DNA of 64,000 nucleotides from Candidatus Krumholzibacteriota bacterium (lineage in GTDB: Bacteria; Krumholzibacteriota; Krumholzibacteriia; JAJRXK01). Both the position numbers and the translations under genes were made by a program. Shown piece by piece: positions 20,370-31,609 of the stretch. The notes below the pieces were generated by a model, which saw nothing but the letters and a program-made list of their open reading frames with translations, was not told where the DNA came from and ran no database searches. Position 1 is the first letter of the stretch. The number at the start of each line of letters is the position of its first letter. The stretch lies in the NCBI GenBank assembly GCA_963764625.1, contig CAVXTH010000005.1:288001-352000 (forward strand), in the 5' to 3' direction.

Positions 20370-22080
20370 CTAGTGCCAGACGAGGGCTCCCCCCGCGCCG
20401 TCATCGAGACCCAGATGCAGCGGGAACTGGGTCGAATCCGCAGCGCTCACCAAACCCGCCCCCCCTACATCGGTCACGATCGACTGGCTGGGGTCCTCGA
20501 TGACCTGGAAGTAGTATTCAAAAGTCTGGAAAACCTTCGTATTGCGTGCCCGCGCGAGCAGGGTGATTTCTCCCATTTGACGGCGCAGATAGTCGCCGAC
20601 CCCGCAAAAATCCAATCCGGTCACGCCCTCGCAGGTCCCTGGCTCGAAGAAATCCGGGTTCGCCCAGAGCAGATTGGGCACGAAGATCTCGATCGCGGTA
20701 TCTCCCGACAGCAGCAGCTCGCCTTTCGAAGTGACATCACGGAAGTTCGAGAGATCGTCGAACCTTCCCCCGTTCTGCAAGAGGTTGTCCGGGTCGTTCT
20801 CGCCACGCCACTCGTAGGAGAAAGATTGAGCGGCACCGAATCCACCGGTGTCCGGTTCGCGCGGGCTCCCCACCCCGTTGAGTTTCACCGGAATGCGAAA
20901 GAGGGTTCCCTGCCACACTTCGGCCCCGCTCAATGCGATGTCCAGGAAACGATCCCCCGTCCAGTAACGGGTCACGTTGGCAAGGGCCTGGTAGCTGACG
21001 GTGTTCTGCGGCCAGGTGCCATCGTTCGGATCACGCAGCAGCAACTGGTCGCTCGAAGTGGGTGCGATGGCCGAGACCTGGGGGGCGAATCCGGTGTGGA
21101 ACGAGAACTCGACCGGAGTCGGATCGACGGCCCGCAAGCGGTCGACGGCCCGGCCGAAGAAGGTGTAGTCGAAGGCTCCCGTCTTGAACGCGAGGGTATC
21201 TGACTCCACCGGCAGGCTGTAGTTGGTTTGCAGCTGTCGCGGCGGCCCACTCCGTGATTCCATTTCGTAGCGGCCCTGGAAGCGCACGCGGGGGAGAGAC
21301 GCCGTCTTCAAGACCACCGGATCGGGATCCTGACCGGTCAATTTGAACACGACCTCCGCTCCCGCCGGAATGGTATCGCCAGCCGCGATGGTGGCTCTGA
21401 GCTCCCCTCCCGTGCCGTCCTCCATGTGGTAGTAGGGATAGGTCGCGTCGACAACGAGTTGGGTGGTGGGAGCTTCGTTCACGATTTCGAATTGGAGACG
21501 CGCCTGGTCCAACGGAGTCTCCTCTCCGCTCCTCGGTCGAGGCGAACACCCAGAACGAGTGGATCTGGTCGGAGGAGAAGAGCAAAACCTCGGGACAATC
21601 TCCTCCGGTTGGACAACGGGAGGTGATCTGCTCGATGGGCGTCGAATTCTCACAGAAGAAGGACTGTTGATCACTCCAGTAGGGCATGTCGGCTGCGTCG
21701 CGCGGCATCCGGCGGTCGCCCTCTTGGGGAAGCTGCGTAGCGCGATACTGGAACCCACGAATGGCGGTGGAGGGATCTACCAGTTCCCATTCGATGCGGA
21801 AAGACTCGGCCCCAGGGATTCGTGCCGTCGCCGTGCGCTGTGGTGAATCCGCGTCGGGTCCCTGTGAGGTACCCTTCCAGAGCAACAGAGAGCCGGGTGC
21901 GAGCTTGGGGCTCGTCGTGACCTGATAGACCGAGAAGTGAATGTTTAGGTTCGACCCGCCGGGTTGAACCAAGCCACCACCGCCCGGGTTGTCCGACGAA
22001 CACGAGGAAAGACCCGTGGCAAGGGCAAGGCCCAGGAGCAGGCCCAGAGCGAAGTGGCCGCGGGACCGGCGGTTTCTCAT
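20370..22080 (-). CDS. Large hypothetical lipoprotein; frameshifted near 21520
   Basis: Lipobox LSSC; two overlapping frames join; Ig-like RAVDRLRAVDPTP segment. Confidence 0.65.
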
Positions 22081-22218
22081 GAACACACTCTCCCAATGAA
22101 AAGAGAACGACCCGGGTAAGCCCAGAATCTGGTGGGGCGACGCGCGCGCCTCTCGTAGAATGTCCAAAGTCCAATCCGCCGCGTCAAGTCATCACGGCTG
22201 GGTAGAGGGAGGTCTCTC

Positions 22219-22884
22219 ATGCGAGTACTCGGGTTCGGTTGGGTTCTTCTGGCTGTATTTCTGCTCTCCCCGCCAGCTTCGGCCGGCCCACTCAAAGCCA
22301 TCGCGCTGAAGGGCGGAGTTTATAAAGGCAATCAAGACTACGACTTCGGCGGACAGAAGCTCTTCGAGCCCAACGGGCGCTGGACCGGCACCGGCGGTAT
22401 CTCGCTCGAATGGAAATTCGGGCGGCGCACTAATCTCCGTCTCCTCACCGAGGCGATCTACACGCCGAAGCAGATCCAGCAGGACGTGCTCGTGTTGGAC
22501 GACTCGGGCCAGCCCACCGGGGAGACGCAAACGTTGCATGGGGGACTGAACTATCTGAGCATTCCCGTGCTGGCCAAACTCCAAACCGCGGACCAAGCCT
22601 CGAATCTCTACTTTCTGGTGGGCTTCAGCGCCGATCTGGTGCTCAGCCGGGATGACTTCCTCCTCGTTTTTCAGGACTTCCACAATACGGTGATTTCCGC
22701 CCAGGTGGGAATGGGGCTGGACAACGCGTTCACCGACCATTTGGGTGGCGTGCTCGAATTTCGGTACATTCAAAACGTGATGAATGCGTACGGCGGAGAA
22801 GACCTCGGGCCGTACGTGAGGCTGAACTCGATCCGTCAGCGCGGATTCTGCATCATGCTTGGCTTGCGGTACCTGCGCGGATAA
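22219..22884 (+). CDS. Outer-membrane beta-barrel (porin family) protein
   Basis: Signal peptide, LNYLSIPVLAK, LEFRY, LGLRY; GGAGG RBS. Confidence 0.8.
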   Translation: MRVLGFGWVLLAVFLLSPPASAGPLKAIALKGGVYKGNQDYDFGGQKLFEPNGRWTGTGGISLEWKFGRRTNLRLLTEAIYTPKQIQQDVLVLDDSGQPTGETQTLHGGLNYLSIPVLAKLQTADQASNLYFLVGFSADLVLSRDDFLLVFQDFHNTVISAQVGMGLDNAFTDHLGGVLEFRYIQNVMNAYGGEDLGPYVRLNSIRQRGFCIMLGLRYLRG

Positions 22885-22890
22885 TTCTCC

Positions 22891-23550
22891 ATGCGAACTC
22901 TGTCTTCATTTCTTTGGCGTCTTGCGATCCCGCGCGCGCTTCTGGGCGGGACGCTACTGCTCTTAGTGCTCCTGTATGCCGAAACTCCCGCGCGCGCGCA
23001 GAGTCGGCCTATGCCACTGCGCCGCCCTCCGGTCGAGGAAGGCATCAAGCACATCTGGGCCCTTCATATCATGTTTTCCGCCCCCGAGCCCATGATCGGA
23101 GGCGCCGTGCACTACGTGCCCGCGCACGGATGGGGAGGGTACGGGTCTCTGTGGATCGCGACCAGCAACACCGCGGATGAAACTTACTACTACGAGAGTC
23201 TCGATCGGGAGACGGTGGAAGGACTTCTGGGAGGCACGCCAGAGAAGATCGTGCGCGATTGGGGAGGCGGACGGGCCGGGCTCACGCGGCGCCTGAGCCG
23301 CGAACTCTACGCCTACGGCGGCATCGGGTTCATGCGCTCCCACAATTTCCAGCAGTATCAGAACGTCCTGCGGCCCACCGCCGGTCCCGACGGCCGGCTG
23401 TGGATCGACGCTTCGGATCCGGATACCGTGAAATTCGTGGCGGAGATCGGCGGGGTTCTCTACACCGAAAGCGGATTCGCGTTCTCCGTGGGCCTGGGAA
23501 CCTTCCCGGTCGGCGTGACCGTCGGACTCGGCTTCGGAACCAAGCTGTAG
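22891..23550 (+). CDS. Putative small outer-membrane beta-barrel protein
   Basis: Signal peptide, YAYGGIG, VTVGLGF strands. Confidence 0.6.
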   Translation: MRTLSSFLWRLAIPRALLGGTLLLLVLLYAETPARAQSRPMPLRRPPVEEGIKHIWALHIMFSAPEPMIGGAVHYVPAHGWGGYGSLWIATSNTADETYYYESLDRETVEGLLGGTPEKIVRDWGGGRAGLTRRLSRELYAYGGIGFMRSHNFQQYQNVLRPTAGPDGRLWIDASDPDTVKFVAEIGGVLYTESGFAFSVGLGTFPVGVTVGLGFGTKL

Positions 23551-23584
23551 AGTTGGCTCCGCTCGAGGTAGAAAGTCGCCCGAC

Positions 23585-23848
23585 TCAATCGCAGTCGACG
23601 CTGTCCGGCTGGAGGTTCTCGCATTTGATGCTCTCGGTCATTCCCGAGGCCAGCTCCGCGCAGCACGCGCGTTGCGCCGATTTCACCGCGTCCTGTTTGC
23701 TCTTGCCGGAACCGTTGCGGCACACGGTCTGTTGCTCGTAGGTTACGCAGACTTTGCAGTTGACTCTTCTCACTCCGCGCACCGCGAAGATCGCGAGCAG
23801 AACGACCGCGAGAGTGAACCCTAGACCCAGGACACCACCCTTGGACAT
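23585..23848 (-). CDS. Small membrane-anchored Cys-rich protein
   Basis: N-terminal TM helix followed by 7 Cys (CKVC..C..CC..C..C). Confidence 0.65.
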   Translation of the reverse strand: MSKGGVLGLGFTLAVVLLAIFAVRGVRRVNCKVCVTYEQQTVCRNGSGKSKQDAVKSAQRACCAELASGMTESIKCENLQPDSVDCD

Positions 23849-23959
23849 GATACGAACCTCCACTGGGTCACGGGGGTGAGAACCAGACAACTTCGCGGCT
23901 CAGAATACCGAATTGCGATGGCGAGTGCCACACTTCAGAGGACGAAGACGGGAGCGAGA

Positions 23960-25420
23960 ATGAATCAGCCATCCCCACCCACGAGAGCTCCGGCGTTCCC
24001 GGCCGGGGCGACCTGGCTCAATGCCGCGTGCCCACCGCGGCTGGACGAGGAGCTGAAGGGACATATCGTAGTGCTCGACTTCTGGACCTATTGCTGCGTC
24101 AACTGCATGCACGTTCTCTGTGTTCTCGATGCCATCGAGCGAAGATTTGCGGATGAACCCGTCGTCGTGGTGGGCGTGCATTCCGCCAAGTTCACAGCCG
24201 AACGTGAACTCTCCCATCTGAAAGCCGCCATCGCCCGCCATCACATCCGGCACCCCGTCGTGGTCGACAACGAACACGAGCTGTGGCAGCACTATGCGAT
24301 CAAGGCCTGGCCCACTCTGGCACTCATCGACGCCAAAGGGCGCTTGCGCGAGATTCTGGCGGGGGAAATCCGCGAGAATGAGCTGGCCGAGAAGATCGAG
24401 GCGCTGCTGGCCGTGGCAAGAGTGGAGGGCTCGCTGGCGGAAGAGCCCTGGAGAGCTTCGACGAAGCAAGAGGACGGCCGTCCACCATCCCTTTCGAAGC
24501 CTTCGCTCCTCCGTCATCCCGGCAGAGTCCTGGTTCATGGAGAGAGAATCTACATCGCCGACACCGGGCACCACCGCGTTCTGGAGAGCGATCGGTCTGG
24601 GCGCGTCTTGCGCTCCTTCGGCGAATCGGGAGCCCTGCACTTCAAGGATCCCCAGGGACTGGCCCGGCTCGGGGACCAACTCGTGGTGGCGGACACGGGA
24701 AACCACATGCTCAAAAGCGTGGATCTGGCCTCGGGGAGCATCACGGCGCTGGCGGGTACGGGTGAATTGTGGCGAGGAGAACCGCTGGGGGTCTCACCCC
24801 TACCCACCGAGATGTCGCTGCGTTCGCCGTGGGATCTATGCGCGAGTAACGGGATCGTGCTGGTAGCGATGGCCGGAAGTCATCAGATCTGGCTCTACGA
24901 CCCCGAGCGAGAGATTTTCGGTCCCTTCGCCGGAAACGGCGCGGAAGATCACCGCGACGGCCCTCTGCGCGAAGCCTCGTTCGCCCAGCCCAGCGGTCTC
25001 GCTCTTCTGGGCAACTACCTCTTTGTCGCCGACAGCGAGGTATCCAGCGTGCGCGCCGTAAATCTCCAGACCCAGCGGGTGGAAACTCTCACCGGACTCG
25101 GGCTCTTCGATTTCGGTGATCGCGACGGCCCCGCGCAAGAGGCGCGTCTCCAGCACCCGCTGGACGTTTGCGTGGGGTTCGCAAAGGACCGCCCTCTGGT
25201 CTACGTGGCGGATACCTTCAACAACAAGATCAAGTCCATCGAGCTGGAGAGCCTGGAGGTGAGAACGGTGTTGGGAGACGGCAGCGCGAGCGAGCTTCAC
25301 GAGCCCCAGGGAATGGACTCTCTCGGCCAGGAGATCCTCATCTGCGACACCAACAACCATCGCCTGCGCCTGGGCGACCCCGTTGGCGGGAGCCTCCGCG
25401 ATTTTCCTCTGCGCGACTGA
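23960..25420 (+). CDS. Thioredoxin-like plus NHL-repeat protein (NHLRC2-like)
   Basis: DFWTYCCVNC, GVHSAKF, repeated IADTGHHR/VADTGNH. Confidence 0.92.
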   Translation: MNQPSPPTRAPAFPAGATWLNAACPPRLDEELKGHIVVLDFWTYCCVNCMHVLCVLDAIERRFADEPVVVVGVHSAKFTAERELSHLKAAIARHHIRHPVVVDNEHELWQHYAIKAWPTLALIDAKGRLREILAGEIRENELAEKIEALLAVARVEGSLAEEPWRASTKQEDGRPPSLSKPSLLRHPGRVLVHGERIYIADTGHHRVLESDRSGRVLRSFGESGALHFKDPQGLARLGDQLVVADTGNHMLKSVDLASGSITALAGTGELWRGEPLGVSPLPTEMSLRSPWDLCASNGIVLVAMAGSHQIWLYDPEREIFGPFAGNGAEDHRDGPLREASFAQPSGLALLGNYLFVADSEVSSVRAVNLQTQRVETLTGLGLFDFGDRDGPAQEARLQHPLDVCVGFAKDRPLVYVADTFNNKIKSIELESLEVRTVLGDGSASELHEPQGMDSLGQEILICDTNNHRLRLGDPVGGSLRDFPLRD

Positions 25421-25483
25421 GCTCCCAGGTCGAGAAGACAACAGCCTAAGAAGCTGGGCCCAAGATGCTGCCTGGGGAGGGAC

Positions 25484-25831
25484 TCAAGCCGGGTCGGCGA
25501 TGTCCCAGCCCTTCGCCTGCTCCTCTTCGTGGATCTGATCGAGGGTCTTGGCCCCGTCCAGGGGTCCAGTGACCTCGGTGATGTTCGTCCCGGCCTCGAA
25601 GAGATCCCGGTTCTTGTCCGTCCAGTCCGTGTACTCCTCGGGCAGGTCGTCCTCGGGCCAGATCGCCTTGATCGGGCACTCCTCGATGCACAGGGTGCAA
25701 TCGATACACGTATCGGGGTCGATCACCAACATGTGAGGATCTTGAATCTCCCAAAAACAATCGACCGGACAGGCTTCGACACAGTCGGTGTAGCGGCAGT
25801 TTACGCAACGAGCGGTGACGACGTGGGCCAT
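25484..25831 (-). CDS. fdxA: 7Fe-type ferredoxin (FdxA family)
   Basis: CVNCRYTDCVEACPVDCF and CIDCTLCIEECP; AAGGAGG RBS. Confidence 0.9.
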   Translation of the reverse strand: MAHVVTARCVNCRYTDCVEACPVDCFWEIQDPHMLVIDPDTCIDCTLCIEECPIKAIWPEDDLPEEYTDWTDKNRDLFEAGTNITEVTGPLDGAKTLDQIHEEEQAKGWDIADPA

Positions 25832-26013
25832 GGGATGGTCCTCCTTGACGCAGCTGGACATCTCCCGGGACAGAGCCGGGCGGTTCAGGGGCGAAGCCTA
25901 CGCCCACCGGTGGCGAGCGTCAATCGTCGGCTTGCCGGACCGAGGCGATTCCGCGTACCATGGGCCCTGCTTCAAGAAATCTCATTCGTCCTTTCGAGCC
26001 TGCGAGATCCTCA

Positions 26014-26808
26014 GTGCGCGTCTACCTCGATCTCTTGCAAAAGATCCTCGACGAAGGCTGTGACAAGCCTGATCGCACCGGCACCGGAACCCGCAGCATC
26101 TTCGGGTACCAGATGCGCTTCGATCTGGCCGAGGGCTTCCCGCTCTTGACCACCAAGAAGCTGCACCTGCGCAGCATCATCCACGAGCTCCTGTGGTTTC
26201 TTCGGGGAGAGACCAATTTGGCCTATCTCCACGATCATAAAGTGACGATCTGGGATGAATGGGCCGACGCCCACGGCGAACTCGGCCCTATCTACGGCTA
26301 CCAGTGGCGCAGTTGGCCCGCTCCCGACGGTCGCCACGTCGACCAGATCGCCCGCCTGCTCGAAGGACTGCGCGAGAATCCCGACAGTCGACGCCACCTC
26401 GTCTGCGCGTGGAACGTGGGGCAGATCGAGGAGATGGCGCTCCCCCCCTGCCACTGCCTCTTCCAGTTCTATGTGGCGAAAGGAAGGCTCTCCTGCCAAC
26501 TCTACCAGCGCAGCGCCGACGTCTTCCTCGGAGTGCCCTTCAACATCGCCAGCTACGCTCTTCTCACCATGATGATGGCACAGGTCACCGGGCTTGTGCC
26601 CGGTGAGTTCGTTCACACCTTCGGAGACGTGCATCTTTACGCGAATCACTTCGATCAGGCCAAGGCGCAGCTTACGCGCGAGCCGCGTGCCCTGCCGCGC
26701 ATGGTCCTCGACCCGGCCAGGGGGGAGCTCGGTGATTTCGTCTACGAGGATTTTCGGCTCCAAGGGTACGAGCCGCATCCGCACATCTCGGCCCCGGTTG
26801 CGATATGA
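26014..26808 (+). CDS. thyA: Thymidylate synthase
   Basis: [28 protein letters not shown]. Confidence 0.98.
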   Translation: MRVYLDLLQKILDEGCDKPDRTGTGTRSIFGYQMRFDLAEGFPLLTTKKLHLRSIIHELLWFLRGETNLAYLHDHKVTIWDEWADAHGELGPIYGYQWRSWPAPDGRHVDQIARLLEGLRENPDSRRHLVCAWNVGQIEEMALPPCHCLFQFYVAKGRLSCQLYQRSADVFLGVPFNIASYALLTMMMAQVTGLVPGEFVHTFGDVHLYANHFDQAKAQLTREPRALPRMVLDPARGELGDFVYEDFRLQGYEPHPHISAPVAI

Positions 26809-27320
26809 AAATCTCAATCCTCGTCGCGGCCTCCGAGAACGGAACCATCGGCCGTGGCGGGGATCTTCCTTGGCATCTCCCCACCGACCTCAAGCGCTTC
26901 AAACGCCTGACGATGGGGCACTGTCTCCTCATGGGCCGCAAGACCTTCGATACCATCGGGCAAGCCCTGCCCGGAAGGCAGACCGTGGTGCTCAGCCGGG
27001 ACCCTCAACTTCGGATCGAGGGAGTGCGCGTTCAGCACAGCTTCAACGATGCTCTCAAGACCTGCGAACAGCTCGAGCAAGACGAGCTCTTCGTGGTGGG
27101 GGGAGCCCAGATCTACCGCCTGGCGTTGCCCCATGCGCAGAAAGTGTATCTTACGCGCGTTCATTTCGTAGTCGAGGGAGACGCGAGTTTCCCCGAGCTT
27201 GCCGCCTCGAAGTGGCAGCTCTGCTGGGAGGAAGCTCACGAGCCCGAAAGCGAGGGCAGTCCCGCCTTCACCTTCCAAGTCTGGGAACGTGTGTCGACTG
27301 GCCTTGGCTCGGGGCAGTAG
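26805..27320 (+). CDS. folA: Dihydrofolate reductase
   Basis: [26 protein letters not shown]; overlaps the thyA stop. Confidence 0.97.
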   Translation: MKISILVAASENGTIGRGGDLPWHLPTDLKRFKRLTMGHCLLMGRKTFDTIGQALPGRQTVVLSRDPQLRIEGVRVQHSFNDALKTCEQLEQDELFVVGGAQIYRLALPHAQKVYLTRVHFVVEGDASFPELAASKWQLCWEEAHEPESEGSPAFTFQVWERVSTGLGSGQ

Positions 27321-27366
27321 CGCGGACTATTGTTCTGGAGAGGCTTCGTTTCAGGGAGGGTATCCG

Positions 27367-27705
27367 ATGGATATGCGACAACGCGACGAAGGCGAGGTCG
27401 TCATCTTCGACCTTCAAGGCGAGTTGAGAGGTGGCCCCGCCGACGATGCGATCTTCAAGACTGGCGTCCAGAATACCATCGACGCCGGCGCTCTACACAT
27501 TCTTCTGAATCTCTCGGATCTAAGGTGGATCAACTCGACGGGCCTGGGGTTCATCGTGGCCGTCTATCACTCCATGCGCGATAAAGGGGGCACCCTCAAG
27601 ATGTGCCAACCCAACGAACGCATCGCGCACATCTTCGCCACCACTCGCTTCGACAAGGTCATCGGGATCTACCCGAGCGAGAAAGAGGCGCTCGCCTCGT
27701 TCTAG
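27367..27705 (+). CDS. STAS-domain anti-anti-sigma factor
   Basis: LNLSDLRWINSTGLG; GGAGG RBS. Confidence 0.9.
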   Translation: MDMRQRDEGEVVIFDLQGELRGGPADDAIFKTGVQNTIDAGALHILLNLSDLRWINSTGLGFIVAVYHSMRDKGGTLKMCQPNERIAHIFATTRFDKVIGIYPSEKEALASF

Positions 27706-28115
27706 ATGTCGAGCACGCTTGCGGCGCGTTCGTAATCCTCGGGTCTCACGTACAGCAGATAACCGAAACGTCCGGCGCCGGCTTTGACCCCGCTCGAAGC
27801 GAAGACGTTGATTTTGGCGTCGTAGAGCTTGCGGTGAATCTCGCCCAAGGCTCCGAGTTCGTCCTCCCCTTCCACGAGAATCGCGCGTTGAGGTTGCGAG
27901 AGACTCAGGCCCAGACGTGGCGCCGCCCGAAGCAGGCTGCCGCTCTCAGCCGGAAAGAGAGTGAGTTGCGCTCGACTCGGCCCCACCGGCATGGCGCTGA
28001 ACGCGAGCATGTCCACTCCAGACTCCGCCAATGCATGCAAAATCTGATAGGTCGCACCCGGCCGGTCCTCGGTGCTGGCATAGTAATAGTCCACGCGCGA
28101 AATCTGAACTGCCAT
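27702..28115 (-). CDS. Double ACT-domain protein
   Basis: EDRPGA..GVDMLAF and EDELGALGEI..INV. Confidence 0.8.
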   Translation of the reverse strand: MAVQISRVDYYYASTEDRPGATYQILHALAESGVDMLAFSAMPVGPSRAQLTLFPAESGSLLRAAPRLGLSLSQPQRAILVEGEDELGALGEIHRKLYDAKINVFASSGVKAGAGRFGYLLYVRPEDYERAASVLDI

Positions 28116-28162
28116 GGCAGAACTCCTCCTGAGAATCGAAGACTTGCGCTCGACTCTTTACC

Positions 28163-29634
28163 TCAAGGCTTCTGATTGTCGATCTTCGAACCCTCCTCCG
28201 GATTCAGCGGAACCTCGTGGCGCAGGACCTCCCGGTTCAAGACCTTGAACTCCACGCGGCGGTTCTGGGCGCGACCGGCCGCAGTCGCGTTGTCCGCGAT
28301 GGGCTCGCTTTCTCCGTAGCCGCGAATGGCAAACTGCTCCGCGCGCAGCTGCGGGAAGTTCTCCTGCAACCAGCCGAAGACCGCGCGCGCGCGCGCTTCG
28401 CTCAGCTTCTGATTGAACTCTGCCGCTCCCTGCGAGTCGGTATGTCCACCGATTTCGATGCGCAGGCTGGGCCATTTCACCAGGATCTTGGCCACGTCGG
28501 TAAGAGCGGGATACGAATCCGGTTTGATCTGGGCCTTCGCGCTCTCGAAGTGCACGTTGTTCAACCGCAGCAAGCCGGTGTCGAGCAGCTGGATCTCCCG
28601 TGCGCTCTGGGGAATCGGGCAACCGCGTTCGTCCACCGCGATGTTCTTCGGAGTCCCCGGGCAGCGGTCGATGCGATCGGGTACACCGTCGCCGTCGTTG
28701 TCCACCTCGCAACCCCACTGGTCGACCTGTTCTCCTTCAGCCGTATCGGGGCAACGGTCGATCCCGTCGGGAACCCCGTCGTGATCCGCGTCGAGCGCGC
28801 AGCCCATTTCGTCCACCGGCACGCCGGGTGCAGTGTCGGGGCAGCGATCGAGGAGGTCATACACTCCGTCGCCATCGCCATCGAGAGGACAGCCTTCGTC
28901 GTCCACCTTCGCGCCTTGCGGCGTGTCCGGGCAGCGGTCGAGTCCGTCGAAGACGCCGTCGTTGTCGCTGTCGGTGGGACACCCACTCGCATCGACCTAG
29001 GCCATGCGCGGAGTGTCCGGACAGCGATCAATGCGGTCGGGTACGCCATCGGCGTCACCGTCGGCTCCATTGGCGACCGAAGGCAAAGTGCAGACCGGCA
29101 GTAATAATCCAATTGGTCGGGAAGTTGTCTTCATTGGGTCCCGCGCTCTTGCGCTCGGTCACCACGCGCCGCAGATCCAAGCGCAGGTCGACGCGCCGGC
29201 CTTCGGCCGTGGCGAGAGCCACGAGCAAACCACCGCCCGCTTCCCATCCATTCCAGTTTTCCTCGCCCGCTCCGAGCTCGTTGATGTGCAGGCGAGTCAC
29301 TCCCGCGGTGAGATAGGGGTTGACCCGGTGAAACGGAAGAATCTCGAAGATGCCGTTCGCGCTGAGGTGGGTCATGCGGAAATCAGTACCGCCCAAGTCT
29401 TGCGTGGGGTTCAACTCGAGAGTCCCCTCGACTCCGAAGCGCGACCAGGGCATGAAGGCGAGTCGTCCACCATAGATGATGTCGTTTTCGAGGGGCCTGC
29501 CTCCCGTCCAGATATTGCTCTCCAGCCTGGGCCGAAAACCCGAGATGCGGACCTTCTACTTCCGCGGAGGCCGGAGCGGCCAGGAGAAGCACACCCAAGA
29601 GAATCGAAAACCGGAAACAATGAGAGCGATCCAT
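28163..29634 (-). CDS. OmpA family protein (N-terminal barrel, TSP3 repeats, peptidoglycan-binding domain); several frameshifts
   Basis: Signal peptide at 29634, barrel strands, DxDGDGVxDxxDRCPDT repeats, GHTDS..NQKLSEARA..NRRVE. Confidence 0.9.
28610..29070 (-). repeat. Thrombospondin type-3-like Ca-binding repeats (about five 33-aa units) in OmpA
   Basis: Recurring DGVPD/DGVYD..DRCPDT..VD..GC units. Confidence 0.85.
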
Positions 29635-29822
29635 TCTATCCTACCCTCTTCGACTGGGATATCCGTCCATGAGGACTCGTGACGGTGGCGTACGCAGACG
29701 CTTCCGCGCCGCGTGGGCACCGCGCCCCTAGAGTGCCTCGAAGCGATGAGAACGAAAAGGAAAAGATTCAGGATCCACTATAAAATCATTGGTGGTGCCT
29801 TGATTGAGTTCTAGTACTCCCC

Positions 29823-29852
29823 TTGACAGAGAATTCGAACGAGTGATCTAAT
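29823..29852 (+). promoter_or_regulatory. Putative sigma70 promoter TTGACA-N18-TCTAAT with TG extension
   Basis: Perfect -35 upstream of the GGAGGAGG RBS of the protease gene. Confidence 0.55.
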
Positions 29853-29908
29853 CGAAGTCTCGTATTCCTTCAGACCATTTACTCTCGTCACTGGAGGAGG
29901 ATGTCTCC

Positions 29909-31063
29909 ATGCAGATGAATCGTCGCAGGATGAGCGGAATTCTCGCTGTTCTGCTCATCGTTTCCCTGGCCTGGGTCGGTTGCTCGAACGACTCGAGCAA
30001 TATCACCGGACCGCAAAACCAAAACCAAGCCGAACTCGCACAGTTGTACGGTCGGGCCAATCCCGCCATGCAATCGGCGATGGACATTCAGCTCAAGAAC
30101 ACAGCCGTTCTCATGGCGACCGATCGGGTCGTCGGGAACGGCGACGGGCGTGGATGACAACGGCGCTCCCGTACTCCTCGTTCTCACCGAGAACGCAATC
30201 GACACCTCCATTTTCCCGAGCCGCATCGAGGGCTTGAAAGTGAAGCAGATGGTGGTCGGACATCTCGTCGCCATGAAAGGCCCTCCGGGCGGCGGGGCGG
30301 CGGCGGACACGGTGGTGGCGGCGGCGGCGGTGTGAGCCATACGGCCATCCAGACTCCGCCCATCGAACTCGGCACCTCAGGTGGCTGGTCGTATGACCTG
30401 GCCAATGGCTACTGCTGCGGCGGCACGCTCGGCTCCCTGATTCAGATCGGTGGCAACCAGTACGTACTCTCCAACTACCACGTCTTCGAGGCCGATATCG
30501 TCAACGGTGGCAACAACCTTACGGCCAGCAACGGCGATCCCATCATTCAGCCCGGCCTGATCGACGTGAACTGCAGCGCCGGAAGCGCACAGGCCGTGGC
30601 CACCCTGTCGCTCAAGCACTCGTTGCCGAACAACAACGTCGACTGTGCGGTGGCCCAGGTCATTCCGGGCATGGTCAAAAGCGACGGATCGATCCTTGAG
30701 ATCGGGACCCTGAGCAGCCAGACCGTGGCCGCCTTCGTGGGCCAGGCCGTGAAGAAGAGCGGCCGCACGACCGGTCTCTCGCGTTCCACCGTGAGCGGTC
30801 TCAACGCCAGCGTGAGCATCAGCTACGAGAACGAGTGCGCCGGCGGCACGGCCTTCACCAAGACCTTCACCGGTCAGATCGTCGTTGGCCAGAAGCACTC
30901 GAGCTTCCTCGACAGCGGGGATAGCGGTTCTCTCATGGTCGAGGACGTAAGCACCAACCCGCGCGCGGTGGGTCTGCTGTTTGCGGGCAGCCGTAGCGCC
31001 GCCATTGCCAATCCCATCGACGATGTGCTAGGCTTCTTGAACGCCTCGATGGTCGGCAACTAG
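29909..31063 (+). CDS. Trypsin-like (Nal1-like) serine protease lipoprotein with prodomain; frameshifts near 30138 and 30297
   Basis: Lipobox WVGC; GTLG, SNYHV (His), VDCA (Asp), KSGRTTG, GDSGS (Ser), GLLFAG; Gly-rich linker. Confidence 0.88.
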
Positions 31064-31229
31064 AACCAGTTCGAAGATTGATCGCCACGCCCAGCGTGGC
31101 TCCCAAAGGCATGAACGCTCTGCTCCCCTTGGAGCGGGCGTTCTGCTATGCTCCCGGGGTGGAGGCTCCCAGTTCTGGAGGGCGATCATGGGGTTTTCAG
31201 GTCGTTACCCGCGCCTGCGGGCATCGAAT

Positions 31230-31554
31230 ATGCGATTCCTGGTCTTGTTCGTTCTCACGCTCGCCGCCAGTGCCTGCGGAAGGGAGGACTGGGAGCCACG
31301 GCTCCCCTCCAGCGCAGGAGACCAAAATGACATTTCGACGCCCCATCGACGACGTCCTCGCGGACCACGATCAGGAGATCCTGGCCATTCCCGGGATCAC
31401 GATGATCTACGTGGGGGCCACTCGAGAGGGAGATCCGTGTATCAAGGTGGGCGTGGTCACCGCGACTCCCGAGGTGGAGGAGCGCATCCCCAAGGAACTC
31501 GAGGGCTGGCCGGTCGAGGTTGAGGAGACCGGAGAAATCGAGCCCATGCACTGA
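31230..31554 (+). CDS. Stand-alone protease-prodomain-like protein (lipoprotein if the A4 run at 31324-31327 has an extra base; otherwise starts at 31327)
   Basis: MRFLVLFVLTLAASAC lipobox; ILAIPGITMIYVG..GDPCIKV..IPKELEGWPVEVEETGEI. Confidence 0.7.
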
Positions 31555-31609
31555 GCGCAGAGTCCGCCCACGAAGCCAGTGGTCCTGCGAATCGCGGAGC
31601 GGTCAGGGT

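Noticed and set aside
28610-29070. CRISPR-like periodic repeats
   Set aside because: Degenerate ~99-nt coding repeats (TSP3) inside OmpA; no cas genes.
30287-30331. GGC-rich simple repeat as a phase-variation tract
   Set aside because: Encodes a Gly linker between prodomain and catalytic domain; the shift there fits sequencing error.
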